64,000 nucleotides of DNA from assembly GCF_001194135.2 (NCBI RefSeq), contig NC_068989.1, positions 73,980,700 to 74,044,699 on the forward strand, in the 5' to 3' direction. Below the pieces are notes generated by a model. The model had not been told where the DNA came from and did not search any database. It was given only the letters and a program-made list of their open reading frames with translations. A program made the translations under genes and the position numbers. How positions within the stretch are numbered: the first letter of the stretch is position 1; every line of letters begins with the position of its first letter. Of this stretch, positions 38,436 to 52,714 are shown one piece after another. Source of the DNA: Octopus bimaculoides (taxonomy: Eukaryota).

Positions 38436-39905
38436 ATGAAAATCATAAACAGATGAAGAAAGTTTATTGTAAAGAAATTATGTCTGTAAAGCTTATACTA
38501 GAAAATTTATGAAAATATAGGGCGAGGGGGAGGAATTAAGAAGAATGAAGTGGACGTGGATTAAGGACTCTTGTTTACTCAAGATCCGTATTAAGGAAAC
38601 ATGGAAGTATAATAAAGGAGAAAGTGAGGAAAAGTGATAATTCAAATGGAAATATGACGATTAAGGTAGCATTACACTTACGAAGTGTATTGTTAAGAAT
38701 AGAGATGAGAAACATTTTGGAGATGTAATAAGAAGAGAAATGTAGAAGCGATAAGATAATAAATTAGAGAGGGCGAAAAGGAGACGAAATTTTACTAGTG
38801 TAGGGGAGATAAATAAGAAGAAATAATAATAATAATGATCAAATATTGGATGTAATGAGAGAAGTGAATGTTAAAAATAAAAGAAAGGGAGATTTATGAT
38901 AAAGCTATAAAAAAGAAATCTTTTTACATAAAAAAAGTTATGTCAAGAAGTATTATCCTTGCTGATTATTATGTGAGAAGGACAGGGTATAGCTATATAT
39001 GATCGTAATGAATAAAAATAAACGTTATATAGATCCAATGCACGTAAATATATTAAAAATAATTATTATTATGATCTATGAGTAGATAGATACATGTAGG
39101 GGCGCATATAGATTTTCAAAATTATAGGATAAATGCTTATCATATATGGAGTAGAGTGAATGTATATGTAATTACGTATATATATATATAGAAGCATACA
39201 TACATATATAAGCATATATAAGTATATATATCTATCTACTCGTAGATCATAATAATTATTATTTTTAATATATTTACATGCATTGAAACTATATAACGTG
39301 AATTTTTATTCATCACGATCATATATAGCTATACCCCATCCTTCTCACATAATACTCAGCACACATGATACGCTCGACATAACTTTTTATATATACAAAA
39401 TATTCCTTTTGTATAGCTTTATCTTACATCTTCAATACCCCTATCATTAATCTCTCTTTTATTTTTAACGTTCACTTCTATCATAACATCCCATATTTTA
39501 TCATTATAATTATTATTTCTTCTTATTTATCTCCCCTACACTAGTAAAATTTCGTTTCCTAATTTATTATTTATCGCTTCTATATTTCTCTCCTCACTAC
39601 ATCTTCTAAATGTTCTCTTATCTCAATTATTAACAATACACTTCGTAATTATAATGCTACCTTATTGGTTATATTTCCATTTGAAGTACCACCTTCCCTC
39701 ACTTTCTCCTTTATTATACTGCCATGTTACCATAATAGGGATCTTGACTAAACAAGAATCCTTAATCCATGTCCACTTCATTTTTCTTAATTCCTCCCCC
39801 ACCTATATTTTCATAAACTTTCTAGTATAAGCTTTACAAACATAATTTCTTTGCGCTAAACTTTCTTCATCTGTTTATGATTTTTATAAAAATATACCAA
39901 GTATT
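38417..39905. repeat. Large foldback: inverted arms 38417-39092 and 39229-39905, ~136-bp spacer
   Basis: Arms align end to end as reverse complements, roughly 85% identical by eye, e.g. AATTTTACTAGTGTAGGGGAGATAAATAAGAAGAAATAATAAT. Confidence 0.95.
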
Positions 39906-40399
39906 GTTTTTAACGGTTAGATTTAATTTACATTAGGTAACGTTTTCTCATTGGACATTTCTCTAACTTGCTGGCACTATGCTGCATATATGGAGATTTG
40001 ATTAGCAAATTTATACTAATCCATAGAGAGAGTGTTATCGATATCTCTATGTTTATATCATCCCCTAACTGTTCATCCGTTATTTGTAGTTTAATAATTG
40101 ACATGACTCCCATCACTATCACACATAGATAGGAACAGATAAACATGAAACACATAGATCCAACTTCTCTGCTTTTTTGTTTTTTAGTTCCTATTATTAT
40201 TTTGTGTCTGCACTGATGAGTACTATGATAATTTCCAAATTCAAATATGAATTTATATCCATGTAGGAAACAACTGTATGCATGAATAAACTACTTACGA
40301 CTTTTTAACATCTTATCTCCTCCAATTTTGACAAATACGATTGGATTTGTAGAACTTCATTCCATAAATTAATCACACACTTAATATATATACATATTC

Positions 40400-40785
40400 T
40401 TTTATTTTATATATATTCTTTCATTATTTTACTTGTTTCAGTCATTTGATTGCGGCCATGCTGGAGCACCATCTTTAGTCGAACAACTCGGCTCCAGGAC
40501 TTATTCTTTGTAAACATTGTACTTATTCTATCAGTCTCTTTTGACAAACCGCTAGGTTACGGGGACATAAACACAACAATATCGGTTGTCATGTGATGGT
40601 GGAGGAGAAAACACAGACACACAAACATATACATATTTATATACGACAGGCTTCTTTCAGTTTCCGCTTACAAGGCTTTGGTCGCTCCGGGGCTATAGTA
40701 GAAGACACTTGCCTAAAGTGCTATGCTGTGGGACTGAACTTGGAACCATATGACTGGGAAACAAGCTTCTTACCACACAACCATA
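40400..40785 (-). mobile_element. Family A SINE (near full-length)
   Basis: Colinear with the reverse complement of 1975-2340. Confidence 0.85.
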
Positions 40786-41165
40786 GTAAATTTAATTTAA
40801 TTAATGTATCCCGAAGATGATAAAGTGAAATTCACTTCTGGTGTATTCGATAGTGGACAACACAGCTGAATACTGAAAAGCGTTCCTGTCAGACGCCATC
40901 CGAGATGAGAATAATAATATTGAGAATACTATTTTCTATTCACTTGATTCAGAGTCTCATGGGAATTAAGAACGTTGTGTTTTGGCGTTTATAGCTTTTG
41001 CTTTTCCGAAAACAAAATGAAATGACTTGCAATGTGGAATGAAAGAACGATTACCGATTTCGTTTGGCATATTCATAAATACGAGAATATTGCTTTATAC
41101 GGGCTGTGATGACATGAGTTCTTAAATATTTTAGGTGAAAGGAAAAATATATCGTCATGACTACA

Positions 41166-41222
<57 letters not shown>

Positions 41223-41844
41223 AAAACTCATGGAGGTATTTATGATACGCCACAGCATTAGCGGAACGTTGCATGATGGGATGTTAAACACTTTCTTCCG
41301 TTGAATTTAATCTGAAGAAGAGGACAAACAAGTTAGTTTTTTATGGCATATAGAAATAGTAGTATTTTGGATTTGAAAGACACATTCGAAAATAGTGTAG
41401 TGTTAAAGATAATACGCATTTATCATATTATTACAGCTTTCAAAACCAAATTGATGGATTGCGATGGCATGAGGGAATGTTTCCATTTTATATAATTTGC
41501 CCAAAAGAATTATTCCTTTCACGATGAGCCACAGTTTTCAGTGAAATGATACAACATTTCTTTGCAGTGGGCGAAGGAAAGAAAGTTTAGGGTTCTTAAT
41601 TATAATGGAACTAATTTAAGTAAATCCATATATACATAGTTCCATTAATCCCTACAAACATTTACTGAAGATCAGGTTATGTATATTAGTCTCGTTATTA
41701 ACTAAGGGGAAACGTCAGGCCAATCAACCTAAAATACAATTTTGAAGTCCTCAATAAACGATTTATTGAACAACCTAGTTGCTGATATGTGAAAGACAAA
41801 AAAGAGACAGTAAAATGAGACTGTCCTAGTAGCATTGACGTGTG

Positions 41845-42470
<626 letters not shown>

Positions 42471-42854
42471 AACGATAAAATGCCTTTCTTTTTATTGTTA
42501 AGCTAATGAGAAAAAGTGTTTGATAGTCATTTGTCTTGTTAGAAATAACAGTCATATTTTTTCTCAAGTCGCATGCAACTTTGTTTCACGTATTCCACAT
42601 CAGAATTTGTGAGGTCAGCTGTCATTTTCCAATCACACTTCAGCATATTTGTACAACTTTTCATTTGAAAATACCCATTTTCCGTAAACATATGAAGAAA
42701 CAAATTCGGTGGGGGCATTCTTCTGTAAGTATGCCATATGTGCATTATAACGACACACGTAATAACATACATGTCCATGTCGTTGTGTGTGTGTGTGTGT
42801 GTTCATGCGTGTGTGCGCGTGTTGATGCGTGTGTGTGTGTGTGTGTGTAACCGT

Positions 42855-43885
42855 AATAACCTTTATTACTTTATATTGGTTTTAGGAAAAGAGGGGCTGA
42901 CGTTGAAGGTCATCCAAGTATAAAAATATTTGACTCGTTTACTCTGTGCATCCGAGTCACTATAAATGTTCCTTTTTGAGGTTGCTTTTCCTTGAAATAA
43001 GAGGACTGACTTCCTTCTGTTTCTTAAGAACGATTGATAGTCAGACTGTTCGTACTTATAGAGAAGCCTTTTTAGCCTTAAATTTTTTAGATGACAATCA
43101 GTGACATAGAACAATGGCTGAGGCTTCAGTGTCACACGAACCTATTTCTTTGAGAGATCCGCTTGCAATTCTTCTCCTGAATTGTGAAGTAAGTAATCCA
43201 TTAGCGTTTTGGTACAAATATAAGAATGATTTATCAAAAGGCTACAAATATCAAGCACAATTAATATTCCCTGAGGGGGGGAAATAGAATTCAATGATGA
43301 CGTATATAATTCTGCATTGGCTGATACCGAAGGTCGCGTTGTCTCAATGGGAAGTTTGGTTTACCTGAAACACATTGAAATGCGATTCAATTTGATTACA
43401 GACGTTTTACGAGAAACGTCACATGATATTAATTCATTAACAAGATTCCTTGAAGATGTCCTCAAAATTTTTGCGAGAAGAACAACTTGCATATACAACA
43501 ATCATTGACCGAATAACACATAAGAGAGATTATATCTTTTAGACGCACGAGGAGGAACTGGAAAAACTTTTGTTACAAATTTAGTGCTAGCCAAAGTACG
43601 ACAGAAAAAGGAAATACCCTTAGCTGAGGCGAGCTCTGGAGTTGCTGCGACTTTATTCCCAGGAGGTCGAACAGCTCACGCAATATTCAAGCTGCCATTC
43701 AATCTAACTTGGACCTGTCTGCAATATTAGTAAAATGTTCTTTGATAAGTGGGACGAAGCTACAATGTTCCATAAAAAATCAGTAGAAGCCGTTAACAGA
43801 ATGTTGCAGGATTTGCGCACTTCCAGTTGCTTGATGCGATGTGTGAAAGTAGTACTTTCAGCTGATTTCAGACAAACTTTGCCAA
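42855..43885 (+). mobile_element. Helitron PIF1-like helicase region, pseudogenic
   Basis: 'LRLLFLEIRGLTSF..LRTID..TYREA', Walker A 'LDARGGTGKTF', 'ASSGVAATLFPGGRTAHAIFKLP', Walker B 'WDEATM' and 'ADFRQTLP'. Contains stops, frameshifts and a deletion. Confidence 0.92.
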
Positions 43886-43972
43886 ACTTTCAATAATATT
43901 CATAGTACAATTTTGGCAGCTTCTTTCAACCCAGTCAATGACTGGTGTTTCTGCTAGTATATATATATAGTG

Positions 43973-44029
<57 letters not shown>

Positions 44030-44194
44030 GGTGTATATATATATGTATATTGTATAATATATATATGTATAAAATTTGATAAACCTACAAGACCAGGTGA
44101 AAGCGCTAATTTATAAAACATGTGACATATGAATAAAAATCTGTAAATATACAACCATCCAGACATCTGAGTACCTGCTGATTATTATTTTTTC

Positions 44195-44231
<37 letters not shown>

Positions 44232-44272
44232 NNNNNNNNNNNNNNNNNNNNNNNNNNNNNNNNNNNNNNNNN

Positions 44273-44346
<74 letters not shown>

Positions 44347-44959
44347 AATATATACGTATACATGCAATATATACATTATGATCACACACACACGTACTCG
44401 CACATACATACATATGTAAGTGTACTAAAATTCATTCAACATTAATGAACTGCAGAATATCTGAAATTACTTGACAACAATTCTCACTCCCAGAGTGAAC
44501 AAAAATTTTAGCTCCTGTTTATCATTACAACAAGGAGCAGCGTAATCTCAAGCGGAGTTGTCCCATTGGGACTGCAAAAGAAAACACGGGATATAGTTTT
44601 ATTAAACGGTGACAAAATACAATTCGATCACTGTAATGAAATATGCATACTGCAACTGATTACTTACTTCTATGTATATTAAAAAAAAATATCGGTATGT
44701 GAGAACATACGTGAACGTAACGTATTTCATACATACTACCTTTCAGAATAGAGGCGGTGTGAAATGACTGGTTGACTGGAGTTTATTTTGGCGTAATGAT
44801 TAGTTTGCTTGCAATGCTCGTAAACAATTCCAACTTATTTTCGACTCCAGAAAATGTACTACTTGGACGAAAATCGAATTTACATAACTTACAATAATTT
44901 GGGATTAATGATTAGTTGCTTATGTATGAGCACATATACATATATATGCATATGTGTAT

Positions 44960-45446
44960 TATATATCCGCTGCATAGGAAATCTGCAATGGGTCCATAAA
45001 TACCGTCTTGGTTATAACCTTGGAGCCCTAGTAATCCGTTACAGCACTTACCTAGCGTACCTAATCGTTTAGATCACCTGCGAAGTAAACCGTCATATTT
45101 TTTATATTTATGTATGTATATGTACATACATATATATATGTATATATAAACACACATCCATATATATATANNNNNNNNNNNNNNNNNNNNNNNNNNNNNN
45201 NNNNNNNNNNNNNNNNNNNNNNNNNNNNNNNNNNNNNNNNNNNNNNNTATATATGCATGTGTGTTTATATATATATGTATGTACATATACATACATAAAT
45301 ATAAAAAATATGAGGGTTTACTTCGCAGGTGATCTAAACGATTAGGTACGCTAGGTAAGTGCTGTAACGGATTACTAGGGCTCCAAGGTTATAACCAAGA
45401 CGGCATTTATGGAGCCATTGCAGATTTCCGATGCAGCGGATATATA
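44960..45446. mobile_element. Palindromic MITE-like element, ~200-bp inverted arms, N gap at the centre
   Basis: 44960-45170 is the reverse complement of 45248-45446 with only a few mismatches. Both ends lie in TA context. Confidence 0.75.
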
Positions 45447-45928
45447 ATTTTTAAAGAGGACAACAAACGTTAAGGCAAGACAAACATCACAAGTCATATA
45501 CATTATTATCATTGGAAAAAATTTAAAGTCCTACAGCTGTTTCTGGGATATCCCAGAGTATGGGATATTCTGTCATCGGAGAAAAATTCTGAAAATGAGA
45601 AGGGTATAGATTAAGGAAATGGCAGCATAGAAGACAGGAGTAAAGGAGTAAGGAGATGAAGAAAAAGAAGAGTTGCTCCTAAGGACTTATGGCCTTATTT
45701 CTACAAGATCGGAAAGTTAGACTGTGGTATTTTATGCTTCTTTTTTATTCTCTTTCTTCATCTCCTTATTCCTTTACTCTTGTCCTCTATGTCGTCTTTC
45801 CCTATTTGTTTTTGATGACGGAATATCCCATACTGTGGGATATTCCGAAACAGCTGTTAGACTTTGAATTGTTTTCCGATATTAATAATGTATATGACTT
45901 AACCTTAACCTTTGTTGTCCTCTTTAAC

Positions 45929-45973
<45 letters not shown>

Positions 45974-46339
45974 TATATCTGTTGGTGTGTGTACATATCA
46001 ATATACCTTCACATATATATATATATATATAGATAAAAATATTTAAACAAAAAGACACACCTACATTCAAACACACCCACACGCAAACGCATACACACTT
46101 ACACTCATACAAACACACATACACACAAAACATTTTATATGACGCAGCAAAAGTGAACCATGCAAACTGGTTTATAGATAAAGAATAGTTAATAATAGTT
46201 AAGAATAGTTAATAATAGTTAATAATAGTTAAGAATAGTTAATGGAATCTATGTACGCGCAGAGTTTGTCGAAATTCTTTTCAAGACTCGAAATACTGTC
46301 AAATATTTGATAAGAGCCTTTTAACCATGCGTTTCAATA

Positions 46340-46530
46340 TACAAGCATGGTATCATAGCTTGGAACAAATTCAGAGGCTCTTGTCTACGAAATGGATTGC
46401 TCAAAAACTCGATTTGAAGCACTAGAACACATACGGGAACATCTTGATGAAAAGCTGCAAAACAAAATCGTAAACAACATCGATTACAGAATCGACCAAT
46501 ATGTATGGGAAAACGGATCAGTTTGTAGTC
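46340..46530 (+). mobile_element. Possible Tc1/IS630-type transposase C-terminal remnant
   Basis: 'EALVYEMD...EKLQNKIVNNIDYRIDQYVWENG' loosely resembles 'KSLVYE...VVxNFxxRLxxCIxxNG'. Confidence 0.3.
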
Positions 46531-46714
46531 GATAATTTAATCAGGTACACGTGTAGTAGGAAAAAAAGAGGTAACACCAGACAAGAGAGCGCTCACAAAA
46601 TACCGTAACAAACATCTGTTCATTCTGGGTGTATTTTTCACGAAATTATTACAAGTTAAATTAACTTTGCACTTAATTCTTTTAACTATAACATTATAAT
46701 AGGACAATACATAT

Positions 46715-46755
<41 letters not shown>

Positions 46756-46887
46756 CACACATACACACTCACACACTAACACACACGCACACACACACAC
46801 ACACATATATACACACACGCACAAAAACATACACAGACACACACAGACACACACACACATATATATGTGTGTTTGTGTGCATATGTA

Positions 46888-47690
46888 TATGCGATGGATA
46901 AATTGTCGCCATTTTATATTTTTAATTTCGCGTGTTGTTTGTTTTTGATTTTGTCGACGACACAAATTTGGAATCGACATGCTGTACTGCTTGGCATTCG
47001 CACGGGAAGTTCCGATACGAACATTTCAGATTGGCTGGGTGTCAATCTAAGGACAGTGCAATCTGACGACACGTATACCGAGAGTGATAAAAATCAAGCA
47101 TCCAGTGAACAGCATGATGTTTGTAGTGATCACTAGTGATGGCGACGTTATACTTTCATTCGTCTCCCCTCACGGCCTCAGACTCAGCACGGAGGCCTAC
47201 ATCAGGTGCCTGGAGGAGGTAGTGCTGCCCTGGGTCAAGAGCGTGGCTTCTAGAAGACCCAGCGTCTAACAACAACACCCTGCAGCATGCCACGCACTCA
47301 TGGCTGTCAGACAATTTCTGTGACCACATCACCTCTAACATCTGGCCACCTAACTCCCCAGAATGCAACCCCCTTGATTATTATGTGTGGAGCGCAGTAG
47401 AGCGAGAGACCCACAAAACTCCTTGTAACATCGAAGATGAGCCGAAGGCAAGGATTGGGGCAGCATTCACCAACTTAAACAAGAAGACCGTCCAGAAGAG
47501 TTGCAGGAGATTCCGAAGTCATCTGGGGGCTGTGGTTGAAGCGAATGGCGATTTTATTGAATAAATTGACTCTTTAGTATTTCAAGACATTTTCTATGTA
47601 ATTGTGGTAAATATATATCTTAAAATGATATGTCAGTGTTATTTTCATTTTTACGTAATTTAGACGACAGTTTATTTACCGCACTCACAA
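46888..47690 (+). mobile_element. Internally deleted maT/DD37D-like Tc1/mariner element
   Basis: 'MMFVVITSDGDV...EAYIRCLEEVVLPW', 'DHITSNIWPPNSPECNPLDYYVWSAVERE' and 'LGAVVEANGDFIE*'. Degenerate TIRs GATAAATTGTCG / CGACAGTTTATT. Confidence 0.88.
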
Positions 47691-47699
47691 GCACACAAG

Positions 47700-47730
<31 letters not shown>

Positions 47731-48079
47731 ATTTATGAGAGTTAAATGCCCTAACGAAGAACCCAACATATTAACAATAAGAAAGCACTTTCATACATCG
47801 ATGTGTTGCCAATTACTTTTACCACTCCCACCTACGTTTACTCACTAAAACTACAAATATGTGTTTAATATAGTAATGATCATCATAGATACGCCAGATA
47901 TTTGGTCTTATCAAAAGAAGTATTCAGTTTGCCAACGTGTCCGTTACCTACCATTTATAGCTTATATTTAAGCTATAGTGTGTAAATTTACTAGACTATA
48001 TCACATTTAGCACACTTAAGGAATCTGTGATAGCGTGTTTTACGTTGACTTATATAAAGAAAAATATTATGTCGGTTTC

Positions 48080-48450
48080 AAGTTTTGGCATAAACCCAGC
48101 AGATTTTGAGGTAAGGAGCAAGTCGATTACTTTATTGCTGCTTATTTTATCGACCCTGAAAGATTGAAAGGCGAAGTCGACCACGCCAGTATTTGAGCTC
48201 AGTATTTGGCATGCTTGCTGTTCTGCCAGCTCACCGCCTTATTCAAATACATAATAATCCTCTGTACTATAGGCAATGTGGGATGGGGCACGTTGGTTAC
48301 AATCGGTTCCATGCACCGCTGGTACTTAATTTATCAACCCCAAAAGGGATAAAAGCAAAGCCGGCTAGGGAGAATTTGAACGCAGAACAGACGAAATGAC
48401 GCTTAATAATTTGCTCGGCGTGCTAATAGTTCTGCCAGCTCGCTGCCTTT
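48080..48450 (-). mobile_element. Two adjacent diverged family B SINEs
   Basis: Bodies at 48080-48245 and 48262-48450; both end TTCTGCCAGCTC. Confidence 0.75.
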
Positions 48451-48893
48451 TAGATACGCTTAATAAAGATAATAAATACTAAGCTAAACTAAAGCAAACA
48501 AGAAGAGGGTCTTGTCCTAGATATTTCCATTCTGTATCCCTATGTTAATTAAACTGAGATCAGCAAAATATAAAAAAATATATATATACCCGATAGAGTT
48601 ATATGTCTGTAGTGAAGTATGAGTTTACATACATTAAATAGTGGTCCCAACCAATTTTTTTTCTTGTATTTGTAGGTTTGGTTAAATATTTTGGTGGGTT
48701 CCCCGACAATCTCAACGTTGTTTTCTAATGAAATGAATTACTTCTGGCAAAATTAACCCCTAAGTGGTTGAACATTTCGCAGACATGTATACCATTGACA
48801 CAGCTCTCGAGTGGAATCGGAACGACACTGTGTAATTACTGAATAAAATCTACGTTACAGAAAGAGAATTAAAAGAGTGAGGCAGAGAGAGAA

Positions 48894-48953
<60 letters not shown>

Positions 48954-50994
48954 AGGGAGATAATATAAGAGTGGGAGGGGAGAGAGAGGGAGAGAAGGGG
49001 TAGAGAGTGGGGAGGAAGTGAGGAGAGAGAAGAGTGGCTTCAGTATTGGACTGGTACTCTATTTATCGACTTTGAAATAAAGCAGCGTTTTCCTTGGCCG
49101 GATTTGTACTCAGAAAGCTGTGTTGTGCCGAAAAAAATATTGCAAGGCAGTTCATCCGATGTCGTAACGGTTTTGTTAATTCGCCACCTATACTGTTATG
49201 CAATCCAAAAGTGACAAACCTGGTCTATATTTTCTGGCGATGCATTTCACGGACTAGATTTTCAACCAATGTTCTTTATTCTTTTTCTAAAACGGTTGGG
49301 AGACCCAAATGCCATTTTCAAATAGGTTCAACAATCGTGTGGAATGTTCTCTATTATGCCGGTAGATTTACTCATCAATTCGTCGAAAAATAAATTTATA
49401 ATGAAAAATGCACAGTCAATTGAATTGATTTCTCTTCCTTTCTACTTGAACATAATACCGTTGAACATGAGGTAAATCACTTCAAATTGTATTTCCAAGA
49501 GTTAGTTTTAATGCCCGGTAGCAATCAATTTATTTCATTTAAGCCACTAATACTTCAGTTCACAATAAATATATCGCATCAAATTTAAGTATGAAATCGT
49601 TTTCTTTTAGTATCGGGATTCTTGTGGCTGGCAAAAATTGTAGAGTGCCTCACAAAATGTCCAATTTGTATTTAGTCCTGCTTGTTTATGTCCTGAGTTC
49701 AAATACATTCGCAGTCGAATGTTTTTACCTTTTATTATTCCTTGATTGATAGAAGTACCAGCCACATTTTAAGTTTAATTTAATCGATTACTTGGAGTGC
49801 AAAACTGCGCCCTTATTTCGTTTTCGATTGTTTTCTAGAAAAATTATTTTTGTCGATGTCAGAGGAATTTTACTTAGGACGCTTAGAGTCGGAACTAATA
49901 CAGAGAAATATTGTATCCGATGCTCTGACGTCTATACCAATTCACGGTTACTAATGACTATTTCATAAGACAAAAGTCGAAATTATGCATATGGGTTTAT
50001 ATAAACATAGGAATAATGTGAGATGAACACAGAACAGAGAGGCGATGAAACGGACGTATTGGGCAGTGATTACAAACATGTACTTCCGGGGCTACAAAAT
50101 CCGCCAGTCTGCTTAATCGTACGAAAATCAAATTGAGAAAACTTCTAGTGTACTCAGAAGCGTAATATCGGGAACAGATACCCATGAGTTTCACATCATA
50201 CATTTTAAATATTTCTGAGGCTTTGATCTCGAGTTCCGTTTCTCACAGATATTGTCTGAAAAATTTCTCCCATCACTAGGCTTTTATTTAACTTTAGATT
50301 AAACGCCAAATGTCGAGCTCATTTCATTTTTAACTAGAATAAAATATAAAGGCATTCTGAATAAGTGACACTTAGAAGTCTCAGCAAATTTAAACTAATG
50401 TATTATTAGAAGTTGCATTATCCTGTACGGTAGTTGGAAAGAACACTATAAATAAAATCAGTCTTTATAAGGAGTTGAATCCAGTGCAGCGATGTGTAAA
50501 ATTCGTTACAGTGAGTAGTGTAGACAGATTTCTGTACAGACACAATTATTTCTAAAGTATTTCATTGTAAATATTAACTGACATTTAGGTACCAGAATAT
50601 TTGTTGCTCCAAAGTAAAGCAAGTTACTGGATTTAATGGATTTACGTTTCTATAATACTCGAATCAAATATGTATATTAAAAAAAAAATCTTCTTGGTAT
50701 TTAGTTTACCTTCTCTTTCATGTTGGAGCAAATAATATAATTATAGACATCAATAATAACATCAACGGCAATAAGTACATTATTTTATCCCCGCAAAATA
50801 TTATACTTGCATAAATCTACGAGCAAATATTTACGTATATTTCCGCTATAACTGAATTCCTTCAAGCGAATTCAATTAGAATGCACTTTAACAATCGTCC
50901 GTCGAATAATATTAGCTTGACATTAATGTTATAAAACAGGGAGTGTGAAAATGATCAACAGACTCAGGAAAGTGATCTGAATATGCATCAATGA

Positions 50995-51027
<33 letters not shown>

Positions 51028-51862
51028 GCGAGCTATAAAAATAGACAGTTGGTTAATATATATATATATATATGTGTGTGTGTGTACCGTCCCCCTCCGA
51101 CTTTTAGTTCATGCAATTGAAAAGACCGCATTATTTATGGGATGGCCCAATATAATTCTTTTTATCAATGCCTATGACGTTAATATTTATATTCATATGT
51201 GTGTGTATGTTTGCACATACATACATAATACGCACATAGAATCTGGAAGAGAGACGGAGACGGAGGGAGAAATAAAGAGGGACAAATTAAGGTCATATAT
51301 ACATATCTACTTTGTATTATATATTCTAGTTTCTCTCAATTTATTAAAAAGAATTTCACCACCCACGGAAAGCGAAGCGCTCCTCACGAACGCAGTTCGT
51401 GAGATGGTCGTGTTGTGCAAACAATTTTAAGTAGGGGCCCGAAAAAGAAGAATGAACACGCAATGTGAAAATGCTCACTGAATTCGTAAAACGGAAGAGA
51501 AGAATAAAAACGCAATGTCAAACATGTTATATGATGGTCTGCATGCCATGTCTGGTATCACTATCACGCAGCTTTGCTGCAATTTTCTTGTTTATTTAGC
51601 CTTCTCATAATAAATGCTTTGTTTTTACATGTAAAATGGATTGTGTGAAACCCATGTATATCTATTTGCTATGTTATGCTCTTCATTACACTGAAATTTT
51701 TTTTCAATTCAATAATTGAACGATTAAGTACGTCGGCAGATTACGTAACAGAGTAAGAAGGGATGGTTTTTTGCCCATTTATGCAGTTCTTGTCTCTCGT
51801 TCTGTATTGAGTTTATCTCACATGATTTATATATGCATGTGCGTATGTAAATGTTTGTTAGT

Positions 51863-51932
<70 letters not shown>

Positions 51933-51939
51933 ATAAAAC

Positions 51940-52190
51940 CTCGCAAGTTGGTGAGATGGCAGAATGGTTAGCCGGCCGGACAAAATGTTTAGTGGCATTT
52001 CTTCTGACTCTATACATTCTGAGATCAATTCCATCGAGATCAATTCCATCGAGATCAATTCCATCGAGATCAATTCCATCGAGATCAACATTAACTTTTA
52101 AACATTCGGGGTATATAAAAAAACACTAAGGTAACAATATAACAGAGTACCAATACACGGCGTTGGATAGGCGGAAGAGTAAGATCACTG
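51940..52190 (+). mobile_element. Family B SINE with an internal 15-bp tandem amplification
   Basis: Head GGTGAGATGGCAGAATGGTTAGCC; (GAGATCAATTCCATC)x4 at 52021-52080 at the B-box position. Confidence 0.75.
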
Positions 52191-52674
52191 GACCGGATAC
52201 CTGGTAGTATTTTTCCCTCTGGGCTCTAAGTTTTCCGTTCAAATCTTATCATGGTCTAGTTAATGATATGCCATAATAATTCTATAGCCGGGTTAACGCC
52301 ATCAACCGGTGTCCACAGAGTCCCATCTGTTGCAAACGCTCGGCGTTGTTCCCGATTTCAGGATACATTGCTACCTCCTTCAGGATTTGAATATTTTAAT
52401 AAGTTTAGTTTCATAGCCGTCTGAGCCGTTACACATTAACTCGACCATTTCACATTGGCAGAGCAATCTCAGTGCTGGCCAATTATAGTTATCTCTCAGC
52501 GATCACCAATCACTTGTAACACGGTAGCAAAACGAAACGATCTCAGACCGGGATTTTTATCTGTTATTTTTGCAATTAAGTCTTTAGTGCACTATTTCAG
52601 TCTGTATTTTGCTTCAATCTTATTAGCATCAAAAATACACGCACACACAAATACATACTACATACACACACACA

Positions 52675-52714
<40 letters not shown>

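Noticed and set aside
39928-40155. Minus ORF with 'ITLSLWIS', resembling mitochondrial ND4
   Set aside because: Only one short motif matches and the base composition is not ND4-like; insufficient to call a NUMT.
52021-52087. CRISPR-like regular repeats (also 15983, 19746 and 46184)
   Set aside because: Head-to-tail tandem units with no unique spacers, no cas genes, and a eukaryotic context.
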